From NCBI RefSeq assembly GCF_001194135.2, contig NC_068982.1, positions 76,321,769 to 76,361,147 of the forward strand: DNA of 39,379 bases, in the 5' to 3' direction. The translations under genes were made by a program, and so were the position numbers. The notes beneath the pieces were generated by a model that saw only the letters and a program-made list of their open reading frames with translations, was not told where the DNA came from and searched no databases. Of this stretch, positions 10,910-23,652 are shown piece after piece (positions within the stretch are counted from its first letter, which is position 1; each line of letters opens with the position of its first letter). Source of the DNA: Octopus bimaculoides. Lineage: Eukaryota.

Positions 10910-11485
10910 ATATACTGTTATATCGATTATGTCCACCCGATTAACAAAAGAGCAAAAGATTGCGGTTCTGAAATGGTTCTGCACAAAGTTATCTGGCTAT
11001 GCTACAGAAGCTGCTTTTGCCGTTACTACAACAGCAGGATGGAGCAGAGGGTCTGTACTTTCAGAAGGATGGGGCACCGGCCCATTATGCTACGCTTGTG
11101 CGAGACCGGCTGGACGCCAACCTGCCCTGTCAATGGATTGGCAGGCGAAGACCGCTTGAGTGGCCGTTTCGTTCGCCGGATTTGACCCCACCTGCCTTTT
11201 TCCCGTGGGACGTTCTCAAAGAGAAAGTCTACTCAACAAAGCCCTGCAACATTGCTGAACTTAAGGAACAAATTCGAGCTGCCAGATAACTTTCTGCAGA
11301 ACCATTTCAAAACCGCAATCTTTTGCTCTTTTGATAATCGGGTGGATATAATCGATATAACAGTATATCTGAAATAGGGGGAAAAAGAAATAAAAATATA
11401 AGATTTCAGCTTTCAAATGACATATGAAATAGAAAAATTGAATAAGTATCAACAAAGTTACAAGCAAAAAAATATATATATAGTT
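10910..11485 (+). mobile_element. Internally deleted Tc1/mariner element, DD41D (rosa-like) type, with long inverted repeat
   Basis: ORF 10999-11289 has QKDGAPAHY..WIGR..EWPFRSPDLTPPAFFPW..LKEKVY. There are 41 residues between the second D and the third-D position (here A). N-terminal MSTRLTKEQKIAVLKW at 10929. 88-bp inverted repeat 10910-10997 / 11281-11368, 84/88 identical. Confidence 0.85.
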
Positions 11486-11719
11486 NNNNNNNNNNNNNNN
11501 NNNNNNNNNNNNNNNNNNNNNNNNNNNNNNNNNNNNNNNNNNNNNNNNNNNNNNTCTTGGGTATACTTGCCGTAGATGACAGATGAGGGCTCCGCAACTT
11601 CTTGCAGAACAACGTGCACAGATGGTGTTCAAATGCTTGTGATTATGATTATGTAGATTAGTTTACTTCCCACCCCAAATCGATATTTCTGATACAGATT
11701 CCTTCTATGCCACAACTGA

Positions 11720-11850
11720 GATATCGAAGTAATCGCAGAGCAATGTGAAATGAAGTGTTTGCTCGAGAACATAACGTACAGCTTTGTACGGGAATCGAAA
11801 CCACAATCTTACGATCGTGAGTGCAATATTTTAACCACTAGATTACTCGC
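11720..11850 (-). mobile_element. SINE family C variant, 5' fragment
   Basis: gagcaatgtgaaatgaagtgtttgctcgagaacataac..gggaatcgaaaccacaatcttacgatcgtgag. Confidence 0.7.
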
Positions 11851-12559
11851 AAACACACATACACTCACACACATGATCATTGGTATCATCCTTAATCCCT
11901 AATCTATGCTACAGAGATATAATCGATGAGATTCCTTTCTTTGTCTCCATTTTAAATATGTTTGGAAATTTCTGAAATACATCAGAATTTTAATTCTTTT
12001 TGGGTATCAATTGTACTAAATCCAGTACGAAACATCCTAGATATAATAAATGTTTTAAACACATTACCTATCATAGTAAACATTACATTTTATAATGTCT
12101 CATATGAAATAAATATATGAAACTAGACATTATAAATATAAGCTCTGTTGTGCCAGCGAGTAATGCCTGAAACATCGTAATATATGATTGAATCTAAGTT
12201 GCATCATCTGAAATACGTTTGTAGTAAGTATTTTCATATACAAACACATAAATACACATGTACGTGCAAAATTAGTCACTCACGCACACATACATATACA
12301 TACATGCATATACACATACATATATATATACACATACATAGCGCCGTCAACAACAGATGAGCAGGTGAAAAGGTTTGTTAAAACTGTTTGAACATTTCCC
12401 TTCACAAATGTGGTAGTTGATCTCAGCGAACAGCGCTTTGTTTCATTCTGTAACATACGCACACATTCACGCATATCTACACATGATATGATACGATGTG
12501 CTATGATATGTATGTATGGATGTATCTATGTATGTATGTATTTATGTATATGTAAATCT

Positions 12560-12746
12560 TTTATCTCGTACTTGTTTTACTCATTTGACTGCGGCCATGC
12601 TGGGGCACCACCTTGAAGGTTTTTAGTTAAAGCCTAGTACTTGTTGCATCAGTATCTTTTGCCGAACCGTTAAGTTACGGAGACGTAATCACGCCAGCAC
12701 CGATTGTCAAGTGGTGGTGGTGGTGGGAGACAAACACGAACACAAA

Positions 12747-12783
<37 letters not shown>
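12560..12783 (-). mobile_element. SINE family B, 3' half running into the gap
   Basis: tttgactgcggccatgctggggcaccacc..ttttgccgaaccgttaagttacg, then (CA)n. Confidence 0.8.
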
Positions 12784-13583
12784 NNNNNNNNNNNNNNNNN
12801 NNNNNNNNNNNNNNNNNNNNNNNNNNNNNNNNNNNNNNNNNNNNNNNNNNNNNNNNNNNNNNNNNNNNNNNNNNNNNNNNNNNNNNNNNNNNNNNNNNNN
12901 NNNNNNNNNNNNNNNNNNNNNNNNNNNNNNNNNNNNNNNNNNNNNNNNNNNNNNNNNNNNNNNNNNNNNNNNNNNNNNNNNNNNNNNNNNNNNNNNNNNN
13001 NNNNNNNNNNNNNNNNNNNNNNNNNNNNNNNNNNNNNNNNNNNNNNNNNNNNNNNNNNNNNNNNNNNNNNNNNNNNNNNNNNNNNNNNNNNNNNNNNNNN
13101 NNNNNNNNNNNNNNNNNNNNNNNNNNNNNNNNNNNNNNNNNNNNNNNNNNNNNNNNNNNNNNNNNNNNNNNNNNNNNNNNNNNNNNNNNNNNNNNNNNNN
13201 NNNNNNNNNNNNNNNNNNNNNNNNNNNNNNNNNNNNNNNNNNNNNNNNNNNNNNNNNNNNNNNNNNNNNNNNNNNNNNNNNNNNNNNNNNNNNNNNNNNN
13301 NNNNNNNNNNNNNNNNNNNNNNNNNNNNNNNNNNNNNNNNNNNNNNNNNNNNNNNNNNNNNNNNNNNNNNNNNNNNNNNNNNNNNNNNNNNNNNNNNNNN
13401 NNNNNNNNNNNNNNNNNNNNNNNNNNNNNGGTGGAGTGGAGTGGGGAGGGGAGGCTGGTATGCATTGGCAACTGCTGGTCCTCAATAAACGACCTTGCCT
13501 GCACTTGTGCATCGGAGGGGAAATTTCCTGGTGTAATCCCACGGTCATTCATGACCGAAGGGAGTCTTTACTCTTTGTATGTA

Positions 13584-13627
<44 letters not shown>

Positions 13628-13719
13628 CATGAATAAGAATGAAAGAAACAATTTACGCAACAAGTTATATTATTCAGATCTCATTATATTTAATATTCAT
13701 CTCGTTTTTGTTCTTGCTG

Positions 13720-13960
13720 AAGAAAGGACAAGCTCTTCGAGACCAGTGAACAGCTGCAGTGATGACATGAACAAATGGAAAATTCCAGACGAATGGTGTT
13801 TGAGGGAGAAAGGACCGTGAATAGTATTTATAGGAGGGCTGTGAGAGGTGGGGATTGGACGCAACAAAGATTACGAATGGGGTGAGACGAATGGGTTGAG
13901 ATCCACCTGAATGGAGGAGGTGCGAAATTACGCAGATCTGAGAAACACCGGCCATTATGG
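13720..13960 (+). mobile_element. Possible highly degenerate RTE-type LINE C-terminal fragment
   Basis: LQ**HEQMENSRRMV..SIY..VRGGIGR loosely resembles L.W.GH..RM..R....V.G.RGRGR. Confidence 0.3.
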
Positions 13961-14039
13961 TAGCTGTATTGGACTGAGCTTCGACAAACATAGACGACAT
14001 TGATGATAGCACAAAATAATGGCTGGGCACGCCGCCGGT

Positions 14040-14322
14040 TTCGATGGGTGTTCGTTGATCCGATCAACGAAACAGTCTGCTCGAAAAATTTATCTGCGAG
14101 TGGCTGAACACTCCACAAACAAGCGTACCCCATGGAGATTCAGCATGACACAGAATGTGACAAGGCTGGCCCTTTAAATTACAGCTCATTTTTGCCAGTT
14201 GAGTGGACTGGAGCAACGTGAAATAAAGTGTCTTACTCAAAGACACATTACACTACAGGGAATCGAATTCACGACCTTACGATCGTGAGACGAATATTCT
14301 AACTGCGAAGCCATGCGCCTTC
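14040..14322 (-). mobile_element. SINE family C
   Basis: gttgagtggactggagcaacgtgaaataaagtgtctt..gaatcgaattcacgaccttacgatcgtgag. Confidence 0.85.
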
Positions 14323-14839
14323 ACCTACAATAGTAATACAATAATAACGAACTTCTGAAACCAATGAAAACATTACATCTATTTCCCTTGGCCTTTACAT
14401 TCGAACCAATCTATTATGGTATAATGAAAACACCCAAGAAAACCCCTTCTTACGGCTATATGAAGCTGCTAAAGAATAACGGGGATGAAAACCATCCAAA
14501 CGTAAACTATATCATAGCTTAACAGCTTCGAGTATGGACAACCTTCCATTGTCCGAAAATTAGCCACTATAAAATAGCAACAGTTATTGGAGCTCTTTTT
14601 TAAAATGTTGATTGGTTTTTCAGAAAATACACAGATGTAGCTAAAAGTTGTGGCGAAGAATGATAAAAACGTAAACGAAGCACACTTACGTCAGTAAAAT
14701 TAATTTGGTGGAACATTGAAAAGATGGGCACAGGGGTATTTGAGCACGTACATACATGCATACATTTTTACACACATACAAACAGAAATACATACATACA
14801 TAAATCTGAGATTATGGTAACATCGATCACCAAAGAAGT

Positions 14840-15810
14840 TTATCATGGACCAATAGCCGGATTAATATCTCCCATTTTGAAGGGTATGCGTTTGCAATCC
14901 ATCAATTGAAAATATCAACCAAATACCTGATGCACAAAAGGGACAGAGATTCAGGAAAAGCAGTAAAATGTGACAACCGATGCAGACTTTGTGGAGTTAA
15001 ATTCAAAGATTACATCATAAGCAGTTGTCCGAAAATGTTATTACTGTATTATCTATCGATGAGACATGATGTTGTAGGTAGGACATTCTATAATAAAATC
15101 CGTCGGAAAGATAACCCCGAGGATAAAGAAATGAGAACCCATAGTATGGTGGAAGCCATAGCCACTTATAATAAAATGGAATACTGGTGGAATGTCCCAG
15201 TGAAAACCTCAATAAAATGTAAACACAATAGATCTAATATAATGAATTGGGATAGAGAAGAGAAACTGTGTGTAGTTGTGGAAATCAGCTGCCCAGTGGA
15301 TGTTAACATAAAGCTGAAGATCAGTGAAAAGAGAATACCTACGCTGAACTATTGAGAAATCTGCAGTTACTCGATCCAGACTACAAGTTCAGGTCTATGC
15401 CTGTAATTATTGGGACACTGGGATTTTTAACACACTGCCTGAATACCAATGTTGAGGAATACTGGTGGAACATTCTCATCACACATAACATGTCGGATAT
15501 TGTTGTTTGGAACAGACAAGAAAAAGAATGTATCGTCATAAAGGTCAGTTGTCCTGTTGATGTGGATATCTCTTTGAAAATCAAAGAGAAAGAAGATAAC
15601 TATGGACACCTGCTTCGTAACTTCCAGCTTCTATATCCAGGGTTATAAATTAACATGTATACCAATAATAATTGATTCACCTGGTTTTGTGAGTAAATAC
15701 ATATCTAGATAAGCAAAGATTTTCAGAAAAAGAAATCAACCAACTACAAATACGATCTAAGTAGAACTGTAAAAATATGCAAGAATTTATTCAAATTTGA
15801 AATGTGACAT
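14840..15810 (+). mobile_element. Degenerate RLE-type (NeSL/R4-like) non-LTR retrotransposon 3' region with a tandem second RLE segment
   Basis: SHFEGYAFAIH..STKYL..CRLCG..(H)IISSC..RHDVVG (zinc knuckle), YWWNVPVK..KHNRSNI..CVVVEISCPVDVNI (PD..D/E endonuclease), PVIIGTLG. A second YWWN..SDIVVW..IKVSCPVDVDI..EKEDNYGHL segment starts near 15456. Confidence 0.85.
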
Positions 15811-16266
15811 TGATTTCGTTATCTACATTCCAATGATAGAGCTTTTTATCTTTGTTAGAAACCATCTCCTTCTTCAGAAGAATTTAGATGGCTAAAAAAA
15901 ATAGAAGAGAACATACATACATACATATATACATACATACATGGTCACACACGCACGTACATGTACGTGTGTGTGCATGTGTGTGTGTGTGTGTGTGTGT
16001 GTGTAATTTAAGCAAAAATGAGCTAAGAGAAATAACTCAGAGTGGCCAGTGGCATGTATTTGAACAACATGGAGAAATACAAGTACATCAAACACCATAC
16101 AACATAACCTCTTGATTTATTAAAACAATCTTCGCCTCAATCACACACACACACACATACACACACTTACACACAAATACGTATGCACCGCGCACATGGC
16201 TATATATGCATATAATGCATGCATACTTATATGTATATATAATACACGTGCGTATGTATGTGTGTG

Positions 16267-16297
<31 letters not shown>

Positions 16298-16647
16298 GTA
16301 TATCCGTTCACATACGCATATACATATCACCGTCTGTCGATTCGATTCAACTCAACAGACCTGTAGAGTTGCGAAGAGTTATGAGGAAGCAAAATCCATT
16401 ACCAAGTCTTTTGATAACATTATTGCCTATTATAACTTTTAGTTGGCTTTGAAGCCGGGTTACATAACGACATTTTTGATATCTTCATAGAATTACCTGA
16501 AACCGGTTGAGATAAACCCATCGAAAGATAGGAAATGGTCTGGTGTATTATACTTTTCTCAAAAGTTCTCGAAAGGTGGAACTTTGTCTCGTATTTGCAG
16601 AGCAGCGAAATTCGCGTAATGAATCTGAGCGCTCGCATAAGCTGATA

Positions 16648-16845
16648 AAGGCGGTGAGCTGGCAGAATTGTTTGTGTGTCGGACAAAATGCTTTGCGTTA
16701 CTTGTTCTGACTCTAGACGTTCTGCGTTCAAATGCTGTTGAGGCCAACTGTGTGATTCATCCTTTTGGGATTAATAAAATAAAATAGTGGGGTCGATGTA
16801 AGCGACTTGTTTCCTAACCTCAAAATTACTGGCCTTGAACTCTGT
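16648..16845 (+). mobile_element. SINE family A
   Basis: aaggcggtgagctggcagaattg..gcgttcaaatgct..ggggtcgatgtaagcgac..ctggccttg. Confidence 0.8.
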
Positions 16846-17016
16846 ACCAGACTAGTGTTCGATTGAGGAAAAACGTTGTGATCTCAGTCATTTATACGAC
16901 ATGGGAGCCGGTAAATCGTCTTTACGAGTCCTGAGTCTCTAGAAAAAGAAAAAGAAAACTTGCTGCAAAAGAACTAAGCAAATGGATCTACATTTAGATT
17001 TAATATTGGTGGATGT

Positions 17017-17460
17017 AAAGGCAGAAGAATCGTTAGCACTCCAGGTAAAATTCTTAGCGCCATTGCATCTTTTCGTTCTGAGGTCAAATTCCGCCGAGGC
17101 CGACAGCGCCTTTCATTCTTTCCGGGTTGTTAAAATAAGTACCAGTTGAACACTGGCGTCGATGTAATCGAGTTATCCCTGCCTCAAAATTGCTGGCTTT
17201 GTGCCAAAACTTGAAATCGTTATTATTATTATTACCATTATTATTATTAAGGTGGCCAGCTGGCAGAAATGTTAGCGCAGCGGACAAAATGCTTAGCGGC
17301 ATTTCGTCCGTCTTTGCGTTCTGAATTCAAATTCTGCCGAGGCCGACTTTGCGTTCCGGGTCGTTAAAATGAGTACCAGCTGAGTTTTGTGGTCGATGTA
17401 ATCGAATTACACCTACCTCTTTTCGAACTTGCTGGCCTTGGGCCAAAATTTGAAACCAAT
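17017..17460 (+). mobile_element. Two head-to-tail SINE family A copies joined by (ATT)n
   Basis: Copies at 17017-17218 and 17249-17460; linker tattattattattaccattattattatt. Confidence 0.85.
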
Positions 17461-18059
17461 ATTGGAAACCAAGGCCAATTTTTGGTAGGCGTCATGTGGT
17501 TGAATTGTTTAGATTTTCGCTAAAGAGTTCGATCAAATGTTTTTTGTTGTTGTTCTTACAGTTTGGGGTTGACCAAAACATTGTGAATTACGGAGTGAAT
17601 TGTATCGATTTTCACACCCACCGTTTATCCCTGAGCATTACGTTTAAGTCACACGTGTCGATGAAGTACTCAGTTACACACACGTTAATTCAGGAGCAGA
17701 TAATCCAATTGATCAAACGATTGAATCCATATTGACACACAACGAAGATCCCCCAACAACAAACGTCGTTGTTTTTGTTGTGGTTGTTTTTCCTTTGGGT
17801 TAACCCACACAGATCCGACCTATAATCAACGACGTTCTAATATTGACCAATCAACCAGTCTTTCTTGCGAGCATTCTGTGTCTAAGACTACATAATCAAA
17901 CATGTTTTCCACCCATCTCTTCGAGACAGTAATGTGTTACCTAAGGGATATCCGGCTGTTATTTCTAGCAAATCGAGAAACCACGTAGACGTTCCCTTGT
18001 TGACTTTTAATGCAGAAAATCTTCTCACGGGGTTGGCGACATTTCTCTAACGTCCGACC

Positions 18060-18135
18060 ATACCACCACCAACAACAACAACATCACTACTACACTAGCA
18101 GCAGCAGCAGTAACAGCAGTAGCAGCAGCAGTAAC

Positions 18136-18197
<62 letters not shown>

Positions 18198-18726
18198 TCG
18201 ATGTTGTAGTTTAAGCCAGCTATTGCATAGGGCGAGCATCCAGTCGAAGTTGACTTGATTTTAACCTAATCACAGGATATCCGTCTGACAATTGTCGTCT
18301 GCTGTTCTATGGCAGGTGTCGTCATCGGCAAGTAGTGGTGGTGGTGGTGACGATGATGATGATCATCATCATCATGATCATGATCATGATGATCGCCACG
18401 ACGGTGATAAATTTGACGACGACGATAATAATGATGACGATTATGGTGATGTTGATGATGTTGATGATGGCGGTGATGATGATGGCAATGATGGTGATGG
18501 TTATGTCGATGACGATGGTAGTGGTGATGATGGCGATGATGATGATGGGGGTTATTATAGTGGTGGTCGTGGTGGTGGTCGTGATCTTGGTGGCGGCGGT
18601 GGTGGTGGTGAGGATGATTGTAGCTGAAGCTGGATGTAGAGATGTTGGCTGCGACGGTGACGATGGCAGCGAAAGTAGTACAAGTCGTAGTCATATTGGA
18701 GATGCAGTTACAAGCAGCAGCAGCAA

Positions 18727-18784
<58 letters not shown>

Positions 18785-19020
18785 NNNNNNNNNNNNNNNN
18801 NNNNNNNNNNNNNNNNNNNNNNNNNNNNNNNNNNNNNNNNNNNNNNNNNNNNNNNNNNNNNNNNNNNNNNNNNNNNNNNNNNNNNNNNNNNNNNNNNNNN
18901 NNNNNNNNNNNNNNNNNNNNNNNNNNNNNNNNNNNNNNNNNNNNNNNNNNNNNNNNNNNNNNNNNNNNNNNNNNNNNNNNNNNNNNNNNNNNNNNNNNNN
19001 NNNNNNNNNNNNNNNNNNNN

Positions 19021-19061
<41 letters not shown>

Positions 19062-19310
19062 GGTGGTGGTGGTGACACTAGTGGTGGTAATGCGATCGGT
19101 GGTGATGGCCGTGATAGGGCTCATCCTCGTTAGGGATGATAATAACGGTAAAGATGACAGTAAATGTGTTAATGTTTGATATTCGCTGAGTCTTGGTGGT
19201 GATGATGATGGGGGTGGTGGTTGTAGCGGTGTGTTTACAGTGGCAATGAGATTTATGGTAGTGGTAGTGTGAATGGTCGTGGTGGTGGTGGTGGTGGTAG
19301 GGTGTTTGTA
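18060..19310. repeat. Compound degenerate trinucleotide tract (AGT/AGC/GGT/GAT)n with internal gap
   Basis: Direct reading; produces the poly-S/H/D/G/T ORFs. Confidence 0.9.
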
Positions 19311-19874
19311 GTGGCAATGCAAACACTGTTGCAGTGTTTGTTGAGATATTTTAAGTCAACAACAGTGGTGTCAGTGGTGTTAGTTACATCAATGACGTAT
19401 TGGAAGTGACAATGTGAACACTCTTTTGCATCAGAAATTATTAAAAAGAATAATAAAAACAAAACACACACACACGCACACACACATACACACACAAACA
19501 CACACACAGACATTTATAATTAAAACCTGTCTGAGTATTAATTGGAATTACTAACTCACTAATTAATATTTCATTATCGCTAATGATTTCTTACACTGGC
19601 CATGAAAATTATATAATTACAAACATTTTAGGAGGCAATTATTGAACTGCAATATCTGCTTATAACCTGATTTTACCAACACCTTACTGATGAAAACAGG
19701 AAGGGGCTAAGTTGGTATTTGAACACGAAGAAGTAAATTCAAACTCTCTACTGTATTTTGTTGTCAATAGGAGAATGGTGGTAAATTCTTGGCAGTGTCG
19801 TTAGAGCACCGAATAGAATATTATGACTGTTCTCTCTAGGATCGAATATGACGTCAATTTTGTCTTCTATTCTT

Positions 19875-19990
19875 TCATCATCATCATCATCGTCATCGTG
19901 GTTGTCATCGGCATCATTATCATCACCATCATCATCATCATCACCATCACCAACACCAACACGACCACCACCACCATCATCATCAACCGC
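19875..19990. repeat. (CAT/CAC)n degenerate microsatellite
   Basis: Direct reading. Confidence 0.9.
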
Positions 19991-20019
19991 GGGATATTAT
20001 TGTTTCGAGCCCTAGGACT

Positions 20020-20245
20020 ACTAGAGCCGGTTACCGGGTCTCCATGGCATACAAGTAACCAAGACTCTAACAATCGCCCTGAACAAGATGCCAGTCCATC
20101 GTGAGGGTGACCCCTTTACAGCTGAGTGGCCTAGGGCAATGTGAAATGCAGTATTTCGTTGAAGAACACAACACACTGCTCACCTGGGAATCGAAACTGC
20201 GATCTTGAGATTGTGAGTGCAACACCCTAACCGCTAAACAACGTA
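20020..20245 (-). mobile_element. SINE family C variant
   Basis: gatgccagtccatcg..cagctgagtggcctagggcaatgtgaaat..gggaatcgaaactgcgatcttgag..caacaccctaacc. Confidence 0.7.
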
Positions 20246-20533
20246 TCTTTACTTCATAATTTTTCGTGATCAGTAATAGAAAGGACTAATTCACGGCTGT
20301 GAATACAAACTGGATACCCAGCAGTATTTATTCTGGGCTCTTTGCGTTCCGAGTTCAATTCTTCCGAGATACTTAAAATGCACTCTAGGCCTAGCGTGAT
20401 GCCGGTGTTTGAAGCAAAAACCAGTTGCATAAAAATGGTTGATGTGAAAGAGATCCTCTTCCAGCTGGTACGACATGTACCTTGGTGAATGAAAGAATGA
20501 TGTCCATTGTGCTATACTTCTTCTGTCACACTT

Positions 20534-20860
20534 AACTGGTACTCCATCGGTTACGACGACGAGGGCCCCAGTGGATCCGATCAACTGAACAGCCTGCTCG
20601 TGAAATTAACGTACAAGTGGTTGAGCGCTCCACAGACATACATACCCTTAACGTAGTACTCAGGGAGATTCAGTGTGATATAGAATGCAACAAGAGTGGC
20701 CCTCTGAATCACAGGCACAAATCATTTTTGTCAGCTGAGTGGACTGAAACAGCGTGAAATAAGGTGTCTTGTTCGAGGACGCAGCTCGCGGCCGGGTATT
20801 GAACTCACGAGCTTTACGATCGTGAGCTGAATACCCTAACCCCTAAGCTGCGCGCATTCA
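20534..20860 (-). mobile_element. SINE family C, near full length
   Basis: Head gcgcgcagcttaggggttagggtattcagctcacgatcgtaaagctcgtgagttcaatacc, tail ..cctcgtcgtcgtaaccgatggagtaccag. Confidence 0.9.
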
Positions 20861-21239
20861 CTAAACAGCCACACTAAACTAACTTTGTTAGTAATTATGA
20901 CGTGTTATTGACCTCAGGCTTACAGAAGTAATTATGATGCCTGGAAAAAGACTTCAGGCTTATAGGAAAGTGAGAATGGAAATTTGTGAGGTTCACGATT
21001 TATTCTTCTGCCTAGACAGGCAGAATTTTGCCCGTGATATTTTGTCACGCCCGTTATGGTCTGAGTTTAGATCCTGCCGAGATAAACTTTATCTTTCATT
21101 CCCTAATCTCGATCGATAAAATAAAGGACCAATCAAATTTTTGGGTTAATTCATAGTCTTATATATAAAGCTTAAATGTAAATGGCATTACGACAAAAGA
21201 TGAAAATGACCGTGTTATATTATTGGTAATTTATGAACT

Positions 21240-21445
21240 TTAAGGTGTCGAACAAAATGCTTAACAGCATTTCTTCTGGTCCTTTACGTTCTAATTTCAA
21301 ATCTCGCTGAGATCAACTTTACCAATCATACTTTTATGGCCGATAAAAAAAAACAAAAAACAGTCAAGTACTGGGATTGATGTAATCAACGAACCCTCTT
21401 TCCTTAAAATTGCTGGCCTTGCACCAAAATTTGAAGCAATTATTC
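21240..21445 (+). mobile_element. SINE family A, 5'-deleted
   Basis: gtcgaacaaaatgcttaacagcatt..aaattgctggccttgcaccaaaatttgaagcaattatt. Confidence 0.75.
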
Positions 21446-22904
21446 TACGAAACCAAGGACGTGACAGATAAGGAAGTATCGATGGCTTTTCTGAAGTCAG
21501 AGCGTAGAGAAACGGAACTAAATATTGATTTCACACACTGAGCCGTGACCCCACATTGTAGATAAGAGTTACAGTCGGTTGGCTCAGCTCCAATTATTCT
21601 ATTGACACCCCACAGTGTTTATCTTATCTCAGTAGAATTAAAAAGGAGACGACAAAAGAAGATAATGGAACACTGCTCCTTCTGTCGATTCCCTATTTTC
21701 ATGTGATCCGATATCATTTATCTCCTTCCAAGGATCTTTGGTAAGAGAAATAATCTAACCATTTGATATTCTCTTGTTGGTTCAGGCAATCATTGATGGC
21801 GGCGCTGATTCTATTCTTCATTGCCAGCAATGTGTTGACAGTGACCTTTTATAAATAAGCTAATTCCCATAAGAAGTTTATGGTGTTGACCTTTTCACAG
21901 CAGCAACTCTAATTGTCACGAACAGAACAGAATAACATGGCATTGGTCTTTTGGTCACACTGCTGCCCACATATAAAACATTCCCTAACATGGATTAATT
22001 CTTCTTTCTCTCCCTTTCTCCCTCTTCCCTGTCTCCCCTATCTCTCTTTCTTTCCGTTTCTCTCTATTTCTCCTCCCTCTCTGTTTCCATTTACTAAATC
22101 TACAGACATGAGCGATCACAAACCTCCATAGCAACGTTTAAAAATTTATGATTTTTCTTAGGAAAGATACAACAATAGTTTCCCGCTGCCTTCTCCAGGA
22201 TTATTTACAGTTTACTTTGCTTATCTGCTCTCTCGAACTTACCCTTGAGACACAGGAACTATTTAACCTCAAGGTAAGGGGTATGGTTCGCTTGACATCA
22301 AGGCATGCCCACATACCTGTAGGACTATGTGACACATGTCCAGAGGCCAACCTTCCACCATCTCCTGTATATCTTAACCACAAGACCATCTTCTGTTATT
22401 TAACCCATAACCGATTTCTTCCAGAAAGAGGTTGGCAGAGAGAAAGAGAAGAATCTGCCCTAGTGCAAGATTGGCATATTATTCGACCAATCTACTACTT
22501 TATATATTTATCAAACACTGAAAGTATTAAAAGTGTATTGTAATTCGTTTGAAGCATTGGAATGTGTGAATGATATAAACATTTTGCAAACTATAGAAAT
22601 ATAAATGCTAGTAAATAGAAACGAAGATAGTGTCTATACATAGTTTATATGATCTATTATATTTCGGGAAAGATATTCCTTATCAAATTTTAGATAGAAA
22701 ATAATCCAAGAATTTGGAGTATCAGCAAACAATTCTGGTGTGTTGTGAAAAATAGTAGAAAACAACTAAACTCCCCAATTCTGTTTAGTTATTTGTTATG
22801 CAAGCATATGTTTATACATGTAAGTATGCATATATGCGTGCCCGTATATATATATGTATGTGTGACCATCTATCTATATACATACATATATTTATTGTGT
22901 ATTA

Positions 22905-23652
22905 TTTATTAGTTCGTCCGTCTTTGTCGACGATGACCAAAGAGATCACGTGGGTCAGCTGTGGCCAATCAGTCCAATGTGTGCTTGGAAGACTGCCGTA
23001 GGTTTGGCACTTATAATCTGTTGAGACTGAAGGAAAGGTGTTGACTCTGGACTTGCGTAGTTCGTGTTTTCTTTGTGCCCTTACAATCCTGTTGTGTTCG
23101 TAGGAGATGGCACCTCTGTTGGTGCAGCTTTGCAATGTTGTGTTTGTGTTTCCCAGGCGTCGGAGTTGATCTCAAAACTCTTCAGCGAGGCTTTGAGCGT
23201 GTTCTTGAAGCGTTTTTTCTGTCCACCTTGCGTGCGTTTTTCCTCTGCCAGCTGTCTCTTGGAGAGTTGCATATCAGGCATTCGAACTAGGTGGCTTGCT
23301 CACCTAATTTGAGCTCTTCTCAACAGTGTTTAAATGCTTGGCAGATCAGCTGGAGAGAGGACCTCCGTGTTTGGGACCTCATCTTGCCAGACAGTTCATG
23401 AGGAAGCGGTTCAGCTTTTTGGCGTGACGTTCGCAAAAGTCCAATCCTTGCAGGTGTGCAGTAGCGTAGGCAGTACAACTGTTTGGTACACCTTCAACTT
23501 GATGGCCAGCTTAATACTTCTCTTCCCCCATACTGATTCACGTAGCCACCTGAAATACTGAGCTTCCCTTGGCGACGTGTGTGTCGACTTTATTGTCAAC
23601 GTTCACAGTTCTGGAGTGTGCAACTGAGGTATGTCAACTCATCAACAATCTT
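22905..23652 (-). mobile_element. RTE-clade LINE 3' portion (RT domain 7, thumb, C-terminal end, 3' UTR)
   Basis: IVDELTYLSCTLSRTVNVD.., LRESVWGKRSIKLAIKLKVYQTVVLPTLL, GGQKKRFKNTLKASLKSF..WE, AHIGLIGH; 3' end gtcatcgtcgacaaagacggacgaactaataaataa. Confidence 0.9.

Noticed and set aside
8707-13820. ORFs of 230-370 aa at 8.7-9.5 kb and 12.7-13.8 kb (also 27.6-28.7 kb)
   Set aside because: They are made almost entirely of X from N-gaps.
16470-16520. GAAACCGGTT with flanking tatct/agata pairing, like a hammerhead 3' half
   Set aside because: No CUGANGA core or stem II.
18266-19326. Long His-, Asp/Gly-, Ser- and Thr-rich ORFs (e.g. 18292-18627)
   Set aside because: All frames on both strands are open because the DNA is degenerate trinucleotide repeat. 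No splice or domain evidence.
21660-21880. 45-nt intron-like segment (GTAAGA..CTAAC..TTCAG, 21741-21785) joining an open frame
   Set aside because: No start codon or credible upstream acceptor, unrecognisable peptide, and unusually short intron.
22148-22543. 131-aa ORF free of simple repeats
   Set aside because: No recognisable motif or splice context; length is compatible with chance or an old repeat.
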